A DNA stretch of 64,000 nucleotides from the NCBI GenBank assembly GCA_963770895.1, contig CAVYRF010000002.1, positions 256,001 to 320,000 on the forward strand, in the 5' to 3' direction. A program made the translations under genes and the position numbers. The DNA is from an uncultured Acidobacteriota bacterium. Its GTDB lineage: Bacteria > Acidobacteriota > Thermoanaerobaculia > Multivoradales > UBA5704. Shown piece by piece: positions 51,442 to 64,000 of this stretch (its first letter is position 1; each line of letters begins with the position of its first letter). Below the pieces are notes generated by a model, which was not told the DNA's origin, searched no databases, and was given only the letters and a program-made list of their open reading frames with translations.

Positions 51442-53259
51442 TCAGCGCCGGCCGGCGGCGCGCGCCTCGATCTCGGGCAGCGTCACGCGCCCTTCGCGCG
51501 GCACCATCGGCCGCACCTCGCCGGCGCGCACGGCGCTCAGGAAGGCGGTGACCACCTTGGCGTCGAAGCGGCTGCCGGTCAGCTTGGTGATGGTTTCGAC
51601 CGCGTATTCGATGTTGCCGGCCTGCTGGTACGGGCGGTTGGTGGTGATGGCGTCGAAGGTGTCCGCTACCGCCACGATGCGCGCAAACAGCGGGATCTGC
51701 TCGCCGCGCAGCGCGTCGGGATAGCCGCGGCCGTTCCAGGCTTCGTGGTGCCAGCGGATCGCCGGGATCATCTCGCGCAGCTGCTCGATGGGGCTCATGA
51801 TTTCGGCGCCCATGACGGTGTGCATCTTCATCTGCTCGTATTCCTGCGGCGTCAGCATCCCTTCCTTGCGCAGGATGGTGTCTTCGACGCCGATCTTGCC
51901 GACGTCGTGCAGCAGCGCGCCGATCCACACCTTGTGCTGCACCTCCTCGGGCAGCAGCAGGTGGCGGGCGACCGTGCGGCTGACCGCCGCCACCCGCTCG
52001 GAGTGGCCGCGGGTGTAGGGGTCCTTGGCGTCGATGGCGGCGGCGAAGGCGCGCAGCGAACCGATGAACAGGTCGCGGTTGGCTTGCGCCGCTTCGCGCA
52101 GCTGCTGCACGTAGCTCTCCAGATGGCCGCTCATGCGGTTGAAGTCTTCGGCCAGCTCGGCCAGGTCGAACGACAGGCCCTTCATCTCCACCCGGCCGCC
52201 GAAGCTGCCGGCGGCGATCTCGTGCGTCGTCTCGGTCAGCCGCTGGATGGGGCGGCCGACCCACCGCGCCGCCAGGAAGGCGAAGCACGCCGCCAGGAGC
52301 ATCAGCGGCAGCGTCGCCAAGACCGTGCTCAGCTTCATCTGGTCGACGATCGCGAAGGCCGCCGACAGCGGCTTTTGCACCACCACGCCCCAGCTGGTCT
52401 GGGGGATGGCGCTGACCTGGGCGAGCACTTCCTGCCGCCCGCGCGGCGAGGTGAATTCATATTCGCGGGTGAGGCTCATCGGCCGCTCGACGAAGCGCTT
52501 GACCAGCTCGGAGCGCGACAGCGCCCCCGCCATGCCCGCGTCGGAGTCGGACCACAGGATCTTGCCGTCGCGGTCGATCAGGAACACCCCCACCTGGTTG
52601 CGCGGCTCGCCCTGAAACACTTCCTGCAGCGGCCGGAAGTCGAGCAGCGCTTCGACCACCAGCTGCGGCGCGCCCGCGGTGCCGCTCCCTCTGCCGGCAC
52701 CGGCGCCGGCGCCGGCGCCGGCGCCGACCGGCACCGCCACCGCCAGGTTGGGCACCGCGCGCGGCCCCGCGTTGATCAACCGGTACGCCGTCGCGCCCGA
52801 GGTGCGCGCCTGCTCGAAAACCCGGTCCATCGCCGCTTCGGCGTCGGGCGACAGGCGCTGCGGGCCCTGCCGCGGCCCCTCCCCCTGGAGGTCCAGCACG
52901 TAGAGCGCCCGCAGGTCGGAGTCGCCGGTCGCGAAGCTCTGCAGGTAGCCGGCCACCCACGGCTCGCGCAGGCGGCCCGCCAGGTCGCCGCCGCCGGCGC
53001 CGCCCGGCGCCATCAGCAGGCCGCCGCCCAGCTGCGCCAGCTGCCGGCGCTCGGTCACCAGGTAGGTGTCGATCTCATGCGCCAGCGCCAGCGCCTTGCG
53101 CGTCAGGTAGTCGCGCTCGGCATCCTGCAGGATTTCCTTGGTCTTGGGGAGCAGCAGGGCGCTGTTGATCAGCAGCGGCACGCTGCTCGACAACAGCACC
53201 AGAATCAACATGACGTGGCGCAGCTTCATGCGGCGCAACAGCTTGCGACGAGGCGTCAT
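51442..53259 (-). CDS. Membrane sensor HD-GYP (c-di-GMP phosphodiesterase-type) protein with periplasmic domain and HAMP
   Basis: Two TM segments, HAMP, DAKDPYTRGHSERV, LLHDVGKIG, HHEAWNGRGYP and VADTFDAITT.RPY; start taken as MTPRRK (uncertain). Confidence 0.88.
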   Translation of the reverse strand: MTPRRKLLRRMKLRHVMLILVLLSSSVPLLINSALLLPKTKEILQDAERDYLTRKALALAHEIDTYLVTERRQLAQLGGGLLMAPGGAGGGDLAGRLREPWVAGYLQSFATGDSDLRALYVLDLQGEGPRQGPQRLSPDAEAAMDRVFEQARTSGATAYRLINAGPRAVPNLAVAVPVGAGAGAGAGAGRGSGTAGAPQLVVEALLDFRPLQEVFQGEPRNQVGVFLIDRDGKILWSDSDAGMAGALSRSELVKRFVERPMSLTREYEFTSPRGRQEVLAQVSAIPQTSWGVVVQKPLSAAFAIVDQMKLSTVLATLPLMLLAACFAFLAARWVGRPIQRLTETTHEIAAGSFGGRVEMKGLSFDLAELAEDFNRMSGHLESYVQQLREAAQANRDLFIGSLRAFAAAIDAKDPYTRGHSERVAAVSRTVARHLLLPEEVQHKVWIGALLHDVGKIGVEDTILRKEGMLTPQEYEQMKMHTVMGAEIMSPIEQLREMIPAIRWHHEAWNGRGYPDALRGEQIPLFARIVAVADTFDAITTNRPYQQAGNIEYAVETITKLTGSRFDAKVVTAFLSAVRAGEVRPMVPREGRVTLPEIEARAAGRR

Positions 53260-53330
53260 CGTTGGCGGAGGCTGCGGCGAGGCGAGCGGCTGCGCTTTAG
53301 GCCCAGCGCTAGTATAGCGCCGCCGTGCCC

Positions 53331-54440
53331 TCAGGCGGCGGCCAGGGGCTCGCGCAGGAAGGCGCGCAGCTCGCGCACCACCTCTTCCCAGCCGATCCCT
53401 TCGACCATGTGGCCGCGGCCCAGCGCCTGCGGCAGCACCCAGGCCAGGCCGCGCTCGCTCGCCTTCTTGTCGCGCGCCATGCGCGCCGCCAGGTCCGCCG
53501 CGTCCAGGGCCGGCAACGGCGGCAGCGCCAGACGGGTCAGCAGCGCCGCCAGCCGCTGCGCCGTCGCGCCGTCCAGCCCGCGGCGGCGCGCCAGGCGCAG
53601 GGCGAAGAGAATCCCGTAGGCCACCGCCTCGCCGTGCCGCAACCCCTGGTAATCGGCGGCCGATTCGATGGCATGCCCCAAGGTGTGGCCGAAGTTGAGC
53701 AGCCGGCGGTCGCCGCGTTCGTCGGGGTCGTCCTGCACCACCGCGATCTTGGCCGCCGCCGCCGCCGCCACCACCGGCGCCAGCGCCGCGGCGTCGCCGG
53801 CGATCAGCGCCCCCAGGTCGCGTTCGACCGCCGCCAGCAGCGCCGGATCGAGCAGCGCCGCCACCTTGATCACCTCCACCAGGCCCGAGCGCAGCTCGGC
53901 GGCCGGCAGGGTGGCGAGCACCGCCGTGTCGCAGACCACCCACGCCGGGTGCAGAAAGACGCCCACCGTGTTCTTGCCGCCCGGCAGGTCCACCGCCGTC
54001 TTGCCGCCGATCGCCGCGTCCACCTGCGCCAGCAGCGTCGTCGGCAGCTGCGCGCATTGGACGCCGCGCAGAAAGCACCCGGCGACGAAGCCCGCCAGGT
54101 CGCCGACGCTGCCGCCGCCGAACGCGACCACCCGGCTGTCGCGCTTGCCGCCGCCCAGAAGCATTTCGTTCCACAGCCGCTCGGCCACCGCCAGCGACTT
54201 GGCCGCTTCGCCCTCGGGAACCTCCAGCACGCGCAGGCGCGCCGCGGCGCTGCGCAGCGCCGCCAGCCGCTCGCCGTGCAGCGTCAGCACGCGCGGCGTC
54301 GACACCACGAACAGGGTGCGCCCGGCGGCCCACTCCGCCAGGTCCGCCCGCGCCGCGCCCAGAGCCCCCACCCCGGCCCAGATGCCGCTGACGCCGCCGG
54401 GGTGGCGCAGGCTCAGTCGCTGGAGGTTCGCGCTCGCCAC
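53331..54440 (-). CDS. aroB: 3-dehydroquinate synthase
   Basis: PEGEAAKS, FGGGSVGDLAGF, PTTLLAQVDAAIGGK, LNFGHTLGHAIE and HGEAV; GTG start just after the aspS stop. Confidence 0.93.
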   Translation of the reverse strand: MASANLQRLSLRHPGGVSGIWAGVGALGAARADLAEWAAGRTLFVVSTPRVLTLHGERLAALRSAAARLRVLEVPEGEAAKSLAVAERLWNEMLLGGGKRDSRVVAFGGGSVGDLAGFVAGCFLRGVQCAQLPTTLLAQVDAAIGGKTAVDLPGGKNTVGVFLHPAWVVCDTAVLATLPAAELRSGLVEVIKVAALLDPALLAAVERDLGALIAGDAAALAPVVAAAAAAKIAVVQDDPDERGDRRLLNFGHTLGHAIESAADYQGLRHGEAVAYGILFALRLARRRGLDGATAQRLAALLTRLALPPLPALDAADLAARMARDKKASERGLAWVLPQALGRGHMVEGIGWEEVVRELRAFLREPLAAA

Positions 54441-54451
54441 GGTGTCCGGCT

Positions 54452-56344
<1,893 letters not shown>

Positions 56345-56486
56345 GGATTGCTGTCCGCCATCGTTCATGATCCCGCTTCCCCGGCCCCTGCGGCCTGTCG
56401 CGTGGCAATCGCCGGCGCCCGGCCGGCAACGTGCCGCATCCCGCCTCCCCGCCGATCCGTCCGCCCCCCTATCGCTGCGCCTGCCC

Positions 56487-57044
56487 CTATCGCTGCCCCT
56501 GCCCCTGCGCGGCCGCCGCGGCGGCCGCGGCATAGGCGGCGCGATATTCGTCCTTCAGCCTGACGTAGCGGGCGCAGGTCTCCACGATGTTTTGCGACTC
56601 CGCGGCGGTCAGCGGGCGGGCAACCCGCGCCGGCACGCCCAGCACCAGGTGGCCGGCGGGCACGCGCGTGCCCGGCGCCACCACCGCGCCGGCACCCACC
56701 TGCGCCCCCGCTTCGACCACCGCGCCGTCCAGCACGCGCGCGCCGATGCCGATCAGCGCCCCGTCGTGGACCGTGCAGCCGTGCAGCACCGCCTGGTGTC
56801 CCACCACGACGTCGGCGCCGATGACCAGCGGGTGGGTGCGGTAGGCGACGTGCAGCACGGTGCCGTCCTGGATGTTGGTGCGCGGCCCGATGCGGATCCA
56901 GTTGACGTCGCCGCGCGCCGCGGTATGAAACCAGAAGGAGGCGTCCTCGCCGATTTCGACGTCGCCCGTCACCTGGGCGTCGGGAGCCAGAAACACCCGC
57001 GCGCCGACGACCGGCAGGCGACCCGCATACGCGACCAGCGGCAC
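56487..57044 (-). CDS. Gamma-carbonic anhydrase family protein
   Basis: RGDVN.IRIG.RTNIQDG.VLH, VGH..VLHGC and hexapeptide repeats. Confidence 0.9.
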   Translation of the reverse strand: MPLVAYAGRLPVVGARVFLAPDAQVTGDVEIGEDASFWFHTAARGDVNWIRIGPRTNIQDGTVLHVAYRTHPLVIGADVVVGHQAVLHGCTVHDGALIGIGARVLDGAVVEAGAQVGAGAVVAPGTRVPAGHLVLGVPARVARPLTAAESQNIVETCARYVRLKDEYRAAYAAAAAAAAQGQGQR

Positions 57045-57051
57045 GACCGCT

Positions 57052-57681
57052 CTACCTGGCCGGCAGCACGGAGAGGATCACCCGTTGGACGACCGGCAGC
57101 TGGCGCTCGAATTCGCTGCGCGTCGCCGACGCCATGAAGTCGAGGCTGGTCTGCCCGTACGGCATCTTGAGCACCAGGGTGCTGCGCGCCTGGATGCCGC
57201 TGCCGCTGTCCATCCTGACCAGCACGCCGCGCACGCCGCCCAGCGTGCGCACTTCGACCAGCGGCGCGGCCCAGGAATCGTCGACGCTCTTCTTGATGTT
57301 CGCCACCACCGCTTCGGGGTCGGCCAGCGACGCCGGGCTGACCCGCACGTAGACCATGCGCGGGTCGGTTTCCGGCGTGGCGCTGCCGGCGGGGCCGACG
57401 AAGACGCCCGGCATCGCCTTGGAGTGCACCACCTCCCAGCCGGCGGGAAGCTCGATGGTATAGGGGAAGCGGGTGCCGTCCGCCGCGGCGATCTCAACCC
57501 GGCGCGCCGCCGACGCGCCGCCCGCGGCCGGCGCCGCCGCAGCGGGCTGGGCGCCGGCGGCCTTCGCCGCGCCCGCGGCACGGAGAACGGCCGGCACGGC
57601 GACGGCAAGAGCGACGGCCAGGGCAAAAACGGCGGCAAAACGGGTCGGCGACAACAGCGCCAGGGGGCGGCGGGCAATCAT
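57052..57681 (-). CDS. Hypothetical secreted protein
   Basis: ATG after GAGG, hydrophobic signal peptide, Ala-rich linker and a globular domain starting YTIELPAGW. Confidence 0.7.
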   Translation of the reverse strand: MIARRPLALLSPTRFAAVFALAVALAVAVPAVLRAAGAAKAAGAQPAAAAPAAGGASAARRVEIAAADGTRFPYTIELPAGWEVVHSKAMPGVFVGPAGSATPETDPRMVYVRVSPASLADPEAVVANIKKSVDDSWAAPLVEVRTLGGVRGVLVRMDSGSGIQARSTLVLKMPYGQTSLDFMASATRSEFERQLPVVQRVILSVLPAR

Positions 57682-57799
57682 GGTGCACCTCGTTGCGGCT
57701 GTACGGCGAAGGGGCTTCAAGACCTCGAACGCGGCGCAAAGCATGCCACAAAATGGCCGAGCGGGAAACGCCGCGCCGTTGTTTTAGACTGGTCGGGCC

Positions 57800-58246
57800 A
57801 TGGCCGAGCCCAGCTGCACCCAGACCGCCATCGAAGTCCGCTATGCCGAAACCGACCAGATGGGGGTGGTCCACCACGCCAACTACATCGTCTGGTTCGA
57901 GCTGGCGCGCACCCACCTGTGCGCCGCAACCGGCATCCCCTACGCCGAGATCGAGCGCCAGGGCCACCTGCTGATGGTCATCGGCGTCGACGTGCGCTAC
58001 CGGCTGCCCGCCCGGTATGGCGAAACCGTGGTGGTCAGCTGCCGGGCCGAGCGCGCCACCCACCGCACCGTCCGCTTCGTCTACGAGGTGCGGCGCGGCA
58101 CGGCGCTGCTCACCACCGGGCACACCGACCACATCTGGGTGGACGCGGCCAGCGGCCGCCCCTGCCGCCTGCCGGAGCGGCTGATGGCGGCGTTTGCGCG
58201 CCTGGCCGGACAGCAGGACGCCGCCCCAAGTCCAGCGGCGCCATGA
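57800..58246 (+). CDS. Acyl-CoA thioesterase (4HBT/YbgC family)
   Basis: VRYAETDQMGVVHHANY..WFE.AR and Y..PARY. Confidence 0.92.
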   Translation: MAEPSCTQTAIEVRYAETDQMGVVHHANYIVWFELARTHLCAATGIPYAEIERQGHLLMVIGVDVRYRLPARYGETVVVSCRAERATHRTVRFVYEVRRGTALLTTGHTDHIWVDAASGRPCRLPERLMAAFARLAGQQDAAPSPAAP

Positions 58247-58311
58247 CGCACGTACAGTGATGCGAAGCCACACCGCGCACGCGGCGCGGCCGGCCTAGAG
58301 AAAGGGAAAAC

Positions 58312-58899
58312 ATGAAACTCTCCATGCGTAAAGCAACCGGCCTTGGGGCGCTCCTGGCGGCCGGGGTGGTCGTAGTTCTGGGCGCCGGCCGCACCGGCGC
58401 CGCGCACGCCACCACCGCGGGGGCAGCCACCACCCCCGCCCAGGTAGGAGGACCGTCAGTGACCGTGATCGACATACCCGGCAACACCCTGCTCGACCCC
58501 GGCGTCAAGCACGTCGTCAAGACCGACGCCGAATGGCGCAAGCTCCTGACCCCCGAGCAGTACCAGGTCACCCGCCGCAAGGGGACGGAGATCGCCTTCA
58601 CCGGCGCGCTGGAGCACAACAAGGCCAACGGCTGGTACGTCTGCGTCTGCTGCGGCAACCCGCTGTTCAAGTCGGACACCAAGTTCGATTCCCACACCGG
58701 CTGGCCCAGCTTCTGGCAGCCCATCGGCGCCGGCGCCGTGCACGAAGAGCGTGACTCCACGCTGGGCATGGTCCGTACCGAGGTGCAGTGCGCCCGCTGC
58801 GACGCCCACCTGGGCCACGTCTTCGACGACGGCCCGCGTCCCACCGGCCTGCGCTACTGCATGAATTCCGCGGCGCTCAAGTTCATCGCCGCCAAGTAG
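58312..58899 (+). CDS. msrB: Peptide-methionine (R)-S-oxide reductase with N-terminal signal peptide
   Basis: [17 protein letters not shown], CxxC, KFDS.TGWPSF, RTEV.C..C..HLGHVF.DGP and RYCMNS. Confidence 0.95.
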   Translation: MKLSMRKATGLGALLAAGVVVVLGAGRTGAAHATTAGAATTPAQVGGPSVTVIDIPGNTLLDPGVKHVVKTDAEWRKLLTPEQYQVTRRKGTEIAFTGALEHNKANGWYVCVCCGNPLFKSDTKFDSHTGWPSFWQPIGAGAVHEERDSTLGMVRTEVQCARCDAHLGHVFDDGPRPTGLRYCMNSAALKFIAAK

Positions 58900-58941
58900 C
58901 GAGCAGTCAGCAGCAGCCGCAGGAACAGCGGCAGCAGCAAG

Positions 58942-60885
<1,944 letters not shown>

Positions 60886-60955
60886 TCATTCGCTTCGCTT
60901 GCAGATTGCGCCGCACAGAGCGGGCGAACTGCCCGCGCGGAAACCACCGGGGACC

Positions 60956-61669
60956 TTAACGCAAAGACACCGGCTCGCGATGGCGGTCGCACCACCAGGC
61001 CCACAGGACCAGCAGCCACAGCGACAGCCCCATCCAGCCCAGCGTCCGCGTGTCCGGCGGCGGCGGCCCGAACGTCGAGCTCAGCCAGATGGCCAGCAGC
61101 GCCGCCAGCAGCGCCCACGTAGCATACCGGCCCACGCCGTCGCGCGGCCGCGTCGACCGCAGATACAGGATGCAGCCGGCAACGTACATGCCGGCTTCCA
61201 GGGGCACCTCCACCGCCGGCGCGTTCCACAACCCCAGCCCCACATAAGGACCGTGCGGCCCGATCGGCAAATCGGGCCGGTGCACCAGCAGGTCGAGCAC
61301 CCAATGGCTGAGCACCCCCAGCCCCAGGAGCATTGCCAGCGGCCACCGCGACCCGCCCGCGGCCGCGGCTCCAGCCCGCCCGCCGCTGCCCCCGGCGCCC
61401 AGGCCGCGCGCCGCCAGCCCGTAGACCAGCGCAAAGGCCGCCGACCAGCACAGCGCGCCCACCAGGCTATGGGTGATCGGGTAATCGTAGAAGTCGAGCG
61501 GCGTCAACCGCGTGTCGCCCGGCGCGATGCGCACGTGCTCCCAGCCGAGCAGCACGAAGCCCGGCCAGAGCAGGTCCAGCAGCTGCACCGACACGAACCA
61601 GGTGGCGAGCGAAGCCCGCGGCCGGACCGCCTTGCCCGCAAGGCCGAGAGCGAAGTGACCCACAAACAC
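60956..61669 (-). CDS. Membrane protein, metal-dependent hydrolase (YdjM-like) family
   Basis: MFVGH, DLLWP, DYPITHSL, SHWVLDLLVHRPDLP and GLGLWN; several TM segments. Confidence 0.8.
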   Translation of the reverse strand: MFVGHFALGLAGKAVRPRASLATWFVSVQLLDLLWPGFVLLGWEHVRIAPGDTRLTPLDFYDYPITHSLVGALCWSAAFALVYGLAARGLGAGGSGGRAGAAAAGGSRWPLAMLLGLGVLSHWVLDLLVHRPDLPIGPHGPYVGLGLWNAPAVEVPLEAGMYVAGCILYLRSTRPRDGVGRYATWALLAALLAIWLSSTFGPPPPDTRTLGWMGLSLWLLVLWAWWCDRHREPVSLR

Positions 61670-61746
61670 CACCCGATGCTACGCGGGACCCACCCCGCAA
61701 GCAAGCAACCGCCGGCCACGGTGGTTGGGGGAGGCTCCGCGGTCGG

Positions 61747-61770
61747 GTTGCTCCCTGCCGGGAGTGCCGG
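61747..61770. repeat. Dispersed inverted copy of the 45452-45565 repeat core
   Basis: GTTGCTCCCTGCCGGGAGTGCCGG is the reverse complement of CCGGCACTCCCGGCAGGGAGCAAC (45542-45565). Confidence 0.85.
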
Positions 61771-61938
61771 AGCTCAGGCAGGCGGCGGGGGCGTCTGCCC
61801 CGCGGCGTCTGCCGCGATCTGCTCTTGCTGGCGTTCGGGCACCGTGCTATCACCGGATCCACCGCCTCGCAGCAATGGACACTCCGGCGCCCACACGGTG
61901 CGCCGTCGGTTCGTCCGCAACCCGCAAGGAGAGCAGAG

Positions 61939-62451
61939 ATGAAAGGGACGACGATGCACAAGCGAGATGCGGCCGGAAGCCGTCGGGGCCACCGGATGAT
62001 CCTGGCCGTCGCGGCGGGCCTGCTGGTTGCAGCGGCGGGGACAATCCAGGCATCCGCCGCTCCTGCCGGCGCCGGCGCGGCGGCGGGCGCGGATGTCGGC
62101 TGTCCCGCCTCGGTTTCCGTGCGTCAGGCGGCAACCGCACCGGCGGGCTGGGCGGTGGACTACGACAAGAAGGCCAACGACCTGACCATGGTGACCTTCT
62201 TCGAAGGGCCGCCGGCGGAGCTGGCGTCGCTGGTCTACGACGAGCAGACGTCCAAGGGTGGCGAGATCCGGGCCGTCTGGCGTTTCCCTCCAGGGAGCAA
62301 GGGGATCTGGATGTCCTGCGCCTACGACGGCACCCGCGCGGTCCTGTCGCGCCAGCTGCCCGCATCCGTGCGGACCTGCACCGTGCGGTACGACAAGGCG
62401 ACGGCCTCCAGCAGCGGCCTTCCCAGCATCAAGGGAATCGAGTGTCGATAG
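61939..62451 (+). CDS. Secreted STY0301-like protein
   Basis: RBS AAGGAG and signal peptide; pattern CP...FFEGPPAELASL...W...WMSCAY...L...LP...C resembles the STY0301 family (recognised by eye). Confidence 0.7.
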   Translation: MKGTTMHKRDAAGSRRGHRMILAVAAGLLVAAAGTIQASAAPAGAGAAAGADVGCPASVSVRQAATAPAGWAVDYDKKANDLTMVTFFEGPPAELASLVYDEQTSKGGEIRAVWRFPPGSKGIWMSCAYDGTRAVLSRQLPASVRTCTVRYDKATASSSGLPSIKGIECR

Positions 62452-62492
62452 CATATTACCGCAAGGGCGACTGAGCTACGGTGAGAATTGTC

Positions 62493-62516
62493 GTATGCTC
62501 GACTAGTCGTGCATAC
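62493..62516. promoter_or_regulatory. 24-bp near-perfect palindrome (operator candidate)
   Basis: GTATGCTCGACTAGTCGTGCATAC, one mismatched pair, ~50 nt upstream of the small peptide ORF. Confidence 0.5.
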
Positions 62517-62564
62517 TGGCGCAGCGGAGATTGGTCTCCCAACCTTTAAAGAAAGGCACCCTTC

Positions 62565-62738
62565 ATGCGCTCGACCCGCACCCGCAGGACCCTCAAGCTG
62601 CACCGGGAAACGCTCCACCTGTTGACCGACATTGACCTCGCCAGAGCCGCCACAGGCGCCGCGCAGACGGGTGTGACCGCCTGCCCGGTGGGCACCACGA
62701 AGCTCGTTTGCTGCACTCTGAAGATCCCCTGCGCCTAG
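62565..62738 (+). CDS. Putative RiPP (lanthipeptide-like) precursor peptide, 57 aa
   Basis: MRSTRTRRTLKLHRETLHLLTDIDLARAATGAAQTGVTACPVGTTKLVCCTLKIPCA; RBS AAGAAAGG; basic LKLHRETL..L leader and Thr/Cys-rich C-terminus. Shorter than the smallest ORFs in the track. Confidence 0.78.
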   Translation: MRSTRTRRTLKLHRETLHLLTDIDLARAATGAAQTGVTACPVGTTKLVCCTLKIPCA

Positions 62739-63045
62739 GCGCAGGTTCCTGCGCGCCCACTTGCGTCTCGCCGGCGCGCGCCCGCCGGCGGGGCGCAGTG
62801 ACGCAGCGGTACCAAACGCATTCAAGCAGGCCGGTCACTTTGCGCTGATTCGCCCGAGGATTCCGGCGCGGGGTAGCGTGCCGTCTCGAAGTCCCGCACG
62901 GCAGGTCTTGCCACAAGGCAGGCGGCTCGCCCTGCGGGCTGGCCAACCCTTTCGCCGCGGGCCGGTCCGGCGTAGCGCGCGCTGATGCAGTGGCGCGGCG
63001 GCGGCGGCGCCGGTGATAAATTTGGCGGCCGGAGGAGACGATGCC

Positions 63046-64000
63046 ATGCGGACTGCGGCGAAGCGACGGCGTGTCGTGGCGGGAGCGGCCTGGGCGGTTG
63101 CGGTGCTGGGAACCGTGGGAGCGCTGGGAGCGTTCGCAGGCACGGCTTGGGGAGCGGCGAGGGTGGCACGGGCGACACCGGCGGACACCGGGGCCGCGGC
63201 GCAGGCCGGAGGGCGTATGACGGAGGCGGCGGTGCCTGGCGAATGGTTGACGCCGGCGGAGGCGGCGGGGTTCGAGGCGACGCCGGATTATGCGGCGACG
63301 ATGGCGTTTCTGCGGCGGGTGGGCGAGCGGCTCCCGGAGATGCGGCTCGGGAGCTTCGGCAGGTCGGCGGCGGGGCGGGACATGCCGGTGGTGATCGTGT
63401 CGCGCGAGCGGGAGTTCACGCCGGCGGCGGCGCGGCAGGCGGGGCGGCCGGTGGTGCTGATCCAGAACAGCATCCATTCCGGCGAGATCGACGGCAAGGA
63501 CGCCTGCCTGATGATCCTGCGCGACCTCGCGCTGGGGCGGCGGCGGGAGCTGCTGGACGTGGCGACTCTGGTCATCGTGCCGATCTACAACGTCGACGGG
63601 CACGAACGGATCTCGCGCTACAACCGGCCCAACCAGGACGGGCCGCACCAGGGGATGGGATTTCGCACCACCACCGCCGGCCTGGACCTGAATCGCGACT
63701 ACGTGAAGGTGGTGTCGCCCGAGGCGCGGGCGATGGTCGGGCTGATCGGCGCCTGGCGGCCGGACCTGTTCGTCGACAACCACGTCACCGACGGCGTGGA
63801 CCACGACTGGGTGCTCACCTGGTCCTGGACCGAGGCACCGCAGCTGGCGGCGCCGCTGGACGCGTGGATGCGCACCCATATGCCGGCGGCGATGGCGGCA
63901 ACCGAGAAGGCAGGCCACCGCACCGGGCCCTATGTGGACCTGAAGGACGGCACCGATCCATCGCAAGGCTTCAGCTCGTGGGTGGCGGGCGCGCGGTTCA
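63046..64000 (+). CDS. Secreted M14-family zinc carboxypeptidase, 3'-truncated by the window edge
   Basis: GGAGGAG RBS and signal peptide; IQNSIHSGEIDGKDA (HxxE), PIYNVDGHE, DLNRDY and FVDNHVTDG. Not in the ORF track (no stop within the window). Confidence 0.88.
   Translation, partial: MRTAAKRRRVVAGAAWAVAVLGTVGALGAFAGTAWGAARVARATPADTGAAAQAGGRMTEAAVPGEWLTPAEAAGFEATPDYAATMAFLRRVGERLPEMRLGSFGRSAAGRDMPVVIVSREREFTPAAARQAGRPVVLIQNSIHSGEIDGKDACLMILRDLALGRRRELLDVATLVIVPIYNVDGHERISRYNRPNQDGPHQGMGFRTTTAGLDLNRDYVKVVSPEARAMVGLIGAWRPDLFVDNHVTDGVDHDWVLTWSWTEAPQLAAPLDAWMRTHMPAAMAATEKAGHRTGPYVDLKDGTDPSQGFSSWVAGARF

Noticed and set aside
62593-63966. Minus-strand 457-aa ORF
   Set aside because: It is the antisense shadow of the plus-strand M14 peptidase, which carries the real catalytic motifs.

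Overview
Very GC-rich bacterial DNA. The gene content and order (lolC/lolD-clpC-bamA-skp-lpxD-fabZ-lpxA; surE-pcm-acyP-apt) suggest Acidobacteriota, probably Thermoanaerobaculia-like; this assignment is an inference. The left third is a co-directional minus-strand biosynthetic locus: lanA precursor -> class II lanthipeptide synthetase lanM -> a stand-alone condensation/degenerate-adenylation protein -> a >14 kb NRPS. The NRPS runs off the left edge, is absent from the ORF track and reads C*-A(Thr)-T-C-A(Dab/Orn)-T-C-A(Pro-like)-T-C-A(Phe/Leu-like)-T-C... The rest is mostly housekeeping: purine salvage, lipid A/outer membrane, lysS, aspS, aroB, ftsY, riboflavin genes and thiC. Accessory items are scattered through it: an FG-GAP protein plus an unannotated 58-aa six-Cys secreted peptide lying between ribD and ribE, REP-like tandem hairpins, a possible degenerate radical-SAM/PolX-8kDa fusion, and an unannotated 57-aa orphan lanthipeptide-like precursor next to an M14 peptidase. 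No rRNA, tRNA, transposase or CRISPR array was seen. Domain boundaries and A-domain codes were read by eye and are approximate.
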